DNA of 64,000 nucleotides from the human T2T-CHM13v2.0 reference genome, Homo sapiens: contig CP068257.2 of assembly GCA_009914755.4 (NCBI GenBank), positions 13,504,001-13,568,000 of the forward strand, given 5' to 3'. The notes under the pieces were generated by a model, which ran no database searches, had not been told where the DNA came from, and saw only the letters and a program-made list of their open reading frames with translations. A program made the translations under genes and the position numbers. Shown here one piece after another: positions 58,817 through 64,000 of the stretch. How positions within the stretch are numbered: the stretch's first letter is position 1; each line of letters starts with the position of its first letter.

Positions 58817-61800
58817 ACCACGTTACCCGTTTGGATTGCCCATTTTTGTCTTTATCATGTTCTCTCGGGGAATCTCTAAACAAAATGACTTGAGTATCAT
58901 CTGGGTGCCAGATGCTGTCTTTACACTTGGCGAAGTTGTTGAGGTCCTGGCTCTACATACTAGTTCTTATGTCCATCTGCTTTGATCTGGAGGTCATTAT
59001 TATCTACAATGTCACATCAAATCTTCTGTCTACCTAGAGGTTTAGTTAAGAGGACTTCAAATTCTGGTTCCTTGATGTAGCCACAGCCACAGAATGTCAT
59101 AGCAGTACATGTTGGATGTACCTCTCCAGGTTGCTATGAATATAATGACATGAAAATCATTGTAAAATTATAATATCATTGGCTAATATGTATTTAATAT
59201 GAATTATGTGTCTAGGACTGGGCAGATGCTTTACATATGTTGTCTCACTCAGCAGTCACAAAGGGCTCTGAAGTGGGTGCTATTATCACCTATGCCCATT
59301 TTACAGATAATAAAAACTGAGGCACAAAGAAGCTAAGTAACTTGCCTGGGACCCTATGGCAAGACAGTGACACAGTTGGGATTGCAAAGCTACAGTCAAC
59401 AACTCCACAGTCCATGGATTCCCACATGCCTCGAAGGCATGTGACCTTAAACTATCTGTTTACATCAGAAACTCGCCATAACCCCCACCACATTTACTCT
59501 AAGTCCCTGCAGGATTTAGCTTCAAACTCTTTCTCAACCTCATCTCTTGTCATCTCCACTTTCCTCCCTGCCTCCCGCCCCTATACTTTAATCATAGCAG
59601 GATCTTCACATTCCCTGGAACGTGCAGACTCTGTCATCCCGCTCCGTTTTCCACGTTCTGCTCTTTGACTCCAGGTGTTCGTCCCCCATGCCCCAATGCA
59701 CGTTGTGCACATCTCCTGCCCTTATGACCCGGAGGAAACGTTATCTTCTCTGAGTTCCAAATTCCCCAATAGGTAGTTGCTCCCTTCTTCCTTCCCATGG
59801 CACGTTATTGAGACCTGTACTCTGACACCGGGTAGGGCTGCAGTAAAGCACCAAGTTGCCCGGGGCACCACAGTTATAGAAGCACTCGTTCTTAGAGTCA
59901 AGGGGCAGAATAATTCATGGCGATATTAACTTGTATTTTCTCCTTGCAAGTATGATCTTCGGTTGGGCTGGGGTAGAGGAAATATAGAAGAGGGAGAGGG
60001 AGGTGATTACCTCCAGGCAGAGAAGAGGATGAAGCTGACCGGGAGCTTTGGGCAGCAGGACTCAGGCGGGCCCTACTTCTTGGCAGAGCCCTGCGAGGAA
60101 GCAAGGCCATAGAAAGGGAATAGCTGCCTGTGTATCTGGGAAGATGGCCCTGCGCACCAGAATCCCAGATCCTCAAGGATCCAATGGTCCACCTGTGTCA
60201 TGGAAGTAGTGGGGTTTCCAGACCTCAAGTAACCAGCCAGGCACGGACCACAGGCACCCAGAAATAGCCCGTGGGGAGCCAAAACTGAAGGGGATCTCCT
60301 CCATGCTCTGGGTTGTGAAAGACCTTGAGACCTTTGCATGAGAGAGAGACAAAGCCAGGAGAAACCCTCAATACTGACAGATTGCATTTCCCATAAGCCC
60401 AGCAGGTTGAGAGCTCAGAGTTGCATTGAATCTCCTTTAAAGATAAAATCAAGACACGTGCCATTTACTGCACACACACCTCCATTTGTGAGCCATGATT
60501 CATACCCAAAACATGTGTTTCCATGTCTGTCTCCACTACTGGACCATGCACTTTTTTAGGGCAAAAACTGACATTTTTTGTCTTCACATTCTCAACCTTT
60601 GGGAGGCACCTACTGCAAAGCGGGCCCTGAACGAAAGCCTGCTAAATGGATGAAGAGAAAATGAACCAGTCAGCCAGGTAGCTGATCAATCTCTAAGGGT
60701 TCTGTAGCTCTTGGAGTCTATGAAAGAAAAATTAAAAGTACTAGACCCTCCAATTCAATCTCTATCTGGGAAGGTAACTAACTAAGGTCAAGTCTTCCTC
60801 ACCAAAACAGCCAAAAGGAAGAAGAAGGGAAGGGAGTTGCTAACTCACAAAGGCTTCTTTATTCCTTAGCCTTTGATTCAAGAGGATGAGTAAGTGAATT
60901 TCTTTTCTTTTTTATTTGTTGTAGTGCTGGCTTCCTTCAGGCAGTATGAAAAATCAAAGAATTAGGCTGGTACCTATATCAGATAACTTGACCAAGGACT
61001 GTTGGAAGTCAATGAAAAGTGACCCTTTGGGAAATGCTGTTAGGAAAACAGTGTTTCCCTCTCTACTGTTTTTTATAACTACTGGAAACTTTGTGCTTCA
61101 CTAGCTGGTTCTTCTAGGTGTTTATATTCTGAAAGGCCATGACCCGGATAATTTGGTTGAGAGAATTTCTGCTCATGATTGTGTAGTTACCTGGCTTCTG
61201 GGCATCAAGGATACCAGGACACACAAAAACACTCTATGATAGCCCAGATTCACAAGGTTTCATGCAATTTCTTTTATGTGCAATTGCTGGGTCCCCTCCC
61301 CAGAAGAAAATACAATGCTGTAAGGGTCAAATACCTGGAAAATATCCTAGGTGACATTTAGAAAAAAAAATTTTTTTCACGTAAGTTAATAAGTCAGCAG
61401 ACTGCTCTCCTCTCTATTCTCAATACCTTGAGAGACTGGCCTGTGTCAGTGGGAAAAGACGGCAATTTGATAAAAGCAGGGTCTATATCACAGGAGATCT
61501 GGCCTCCAAATATTCCATTGTACAAATAAACAGAAGAATTTCAATCTTCTTTCCATTCTTAGGGCTCCTAAGAGATCCCCTTCCCTCTCCTATTCAGGGT
61601 GGTTTAGCTCTAATTAAATTATTTTCTCTTGTACAAACTAACAGGCTCGTCATTAGCTTCCAGTTAGAAAGATCCTATCATCCTCTTAACCATCTCTATA
61701 AGAGCTGGAATGCCTTGACTTTCCCAAGAGAGGAGACAGGGAGAACAGGAACCTCCATCACCCTAGGGCTATTTGGCAATCTTCCCTCTTCTTCCTTCAA

Positions 61801-64000
61801 CACCCCTTTTTGAGGTTAGAGTCATCCTATTCCTTCCTTCTAGGTTCCACTGGAGTCAGAGGGATTAGGCAATGGGGCATGGACTGCAATGCTCCAGCCC
61901 CACCCAGGGGTCAGGGCTCACAGCCAGGTTACTCAAACAGAGGTCACTGTGGCTCTCTCCTGCTGCTCAACCCAGGCTGGAGCCGCTAGCCACAGATCTT
62001 AGACACACACCACGGGCAAGGACACAGGGGTCTGGCTTTATTGGCTGTAGGGCCAGTTTGGCTGGGCGACTAGGTGGACATTGTAATGACTAAGCACCTT
62101 TCCTTAGCCACTCCCAGGGTCAGTTAAGAGACATAGATTTTAAAACCAAGAGAAACAAAACCTAGCAAACAAGAGAGATCCAGAGAGAAAAATACTGTAA
62201 AATTTACAGATTAGAATAGACAGTTTTACCTGTACAAGAATATGTTTTTGATTTCTGCTAAAAATATTGCATATTCATTATATTACCAAACCAAATATTA
62301 ACCTGACCATGGCTTTCAATAATGGTGTTAGGATAAACCTGTAATTCCTATATCAAGGAATAAAGTCAAATGAAATTAAATATAAATGAAACCAGCATCT
62401 TGGACCTTAAGGTCTTCCTAGATGTTTAGGGTTCACTTTAGAATTTCAAGAGTAGCCTATCTCCTTATCCTCCTCTCAATAGAGCCTGCTTTATTTCCCT
62501 CAAGTGTTAGTAATCATAATGCGATCCTAATGTATTAGATTTGGTTCCCTACTTTATTTCTAGGCTTTTCAGTTTTGTCTAGTTGATCATATTTTTTGTT
62601 TTGTTTTGTTTTTGTTTTTTTAGCTAAAAATGGCCTGTGGATCTATCCTGTGTGATATTTGACATACCCTATTTATATTTAAATAGATGCTTTGAGAAAT
62701 GTAAGGTTTCCTTTACAATATTCTAAGTTTGGGCAAAGTTCACCATTGCATTAGGGTTGAAGTATAACTGATTATCTAACTTCCATCGCTTCTTCACTTC
62801 CTTAAAATTCTTTGATTCAGTATGTGGGGGGAGGGCGAGAAGTTGTTTCTGATCAAAACACTTTTTCTGAAGAATATTCTTTGGTACTGATATACTTCGT
62901 CAATATGATTTATAGCAAGATGTGCGCTACACCAGTATTGTGTTAAATGTGCTTCCAGATGACCTAGCCTCTGATCATTTTATTCTTTTTTGATTTTTCA
63001 ATTGCTCATATAATTCATTTCAAACAAAAGGAAGAAAGTGATCATAGAAATAGGCTAGGTAGCGGGAAAGGAAGACAGAAATGCTGAACAAGTTGCAAAC
63101 AGGAAAAAGAAATTAGGACAAACGGGCTTCAGAAAAGCCGCAAGCACGCTGGTAAACAAACTTAGGCTGCCCTGGAGCAACCCCCTGTTTGTCTTTGCTT
63201 TATGGTGCAATGTAGTCTAGTGGTCTGATCAACTGGGAATCTCAGTTTTGCCTCAGACTCCCTGTTCTGTACTGAATGGCCTTGGACAGGGATCTCTGAT
63301 GTGAGATAGGCAGGTTTTCAAACTGTGAGGGTCAATGTTTATAAGTGGAAATGTTGCAAAGGGGTGAAGGGCATTATTACAACTAAAGGAAGCACTATTA
63401 TATAGAAACAATCAAATCAAGGATTTTTTTTTCTGCACATTTAGAGCCAAACACTCAATTTTCCTGCCCTGACAATTTGTTTATTTGTTCGTGTTTGGAT
63501 TTTATTGAGGTCCCTGATAACACAGGCATTTTGGAAATGGGTGGGAGTATGTGTGAATAGCAAAAGAAATCATCTACTGGCAGGTATTGATAGTTTCTTC
63601 TGTTTTGTGCATCCTCTCTTCCTATCCCTAGAACTGATCTCTTTTTTTAAATAAGAATATATATTGTAATGTATATTTTAGATTTTATAATAAGCATGCT
63701 TAGTTATTTTCATTTTTCTCAAAATAATATTATATGTACATATTAGTAATCAAGATATTCAAACACATCTTTAGATGAAACCATGTTTAAAGAAAGCTCT
63801 ACTTCTATTAAAATCCTGCGATACTTAGAGCAGTGCAGTTTAGCCGAGTTTGCTGATGAGTGAAATCCATAAATAGTTAAGAGCCTCCAGCCATGGTAAA
63901 GAGGAAGTAAAATAGACTGATCTCATGACCTAAAAACAAAAGCTGCAAAATAATTAACATTTTACTTAGTATTTAAACAAAATATTGTAGAGTGAGAATT

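Noticed and set aside
59580-60400. Possible CpG island
   Set aside because: CpG observed/expected is about 0.4 and GC is about 50%, below standard CpG-island thresholds. It is retained only as a low-confidence regulatory candidate in the findings.

Overview
This window is primate nuclear DNA, almost certainly human or great ape, and not a prokaryotic or viral locus. It contains about 15 Alu SINEs, including several CpG-rich AluY-like copies with clean target-site duplications. There are two 5'-truncated L1 LINE fragments carrying frameshifted ORF2 remnants, and an older L1M 3' end that is interrupted by a nested AluY. At least eight ERVL-MaLR solo LTRs of THE1/MST-like and MLT1-like types are present, along with three MIR fragments and several microsatellites: (CA)23, (CT)n, (AATTT)10, (TTGA)n and (TTAA)n. 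I found no rRNA, tRNA, CRISPR array, operon or convincing protein-coding exon. The ORF-track entries are either repeat-derived (L1 ORF2 pieces, Alu read-throughs) or chance ORFs in AT-rich or pyrimidine-rich DNA. The most useful observations are structural. One Alu sits in the A-tail of an L1. A young Alu is nested in an old L1. Several Alus have perfect 13-17 bp target-site duplications and expanded microsatellite tails that are likely polymorphic. There are closely spaced inverted Alu pairs. Two short non-repeat segments retain CpGs and have splice-site-like context and could be lncRNA, UTR or regulatory sequence. There is no evidence of a novel biological 'system'. All coordinates are hand-counted from the printed sequence and may be off by a few bases.
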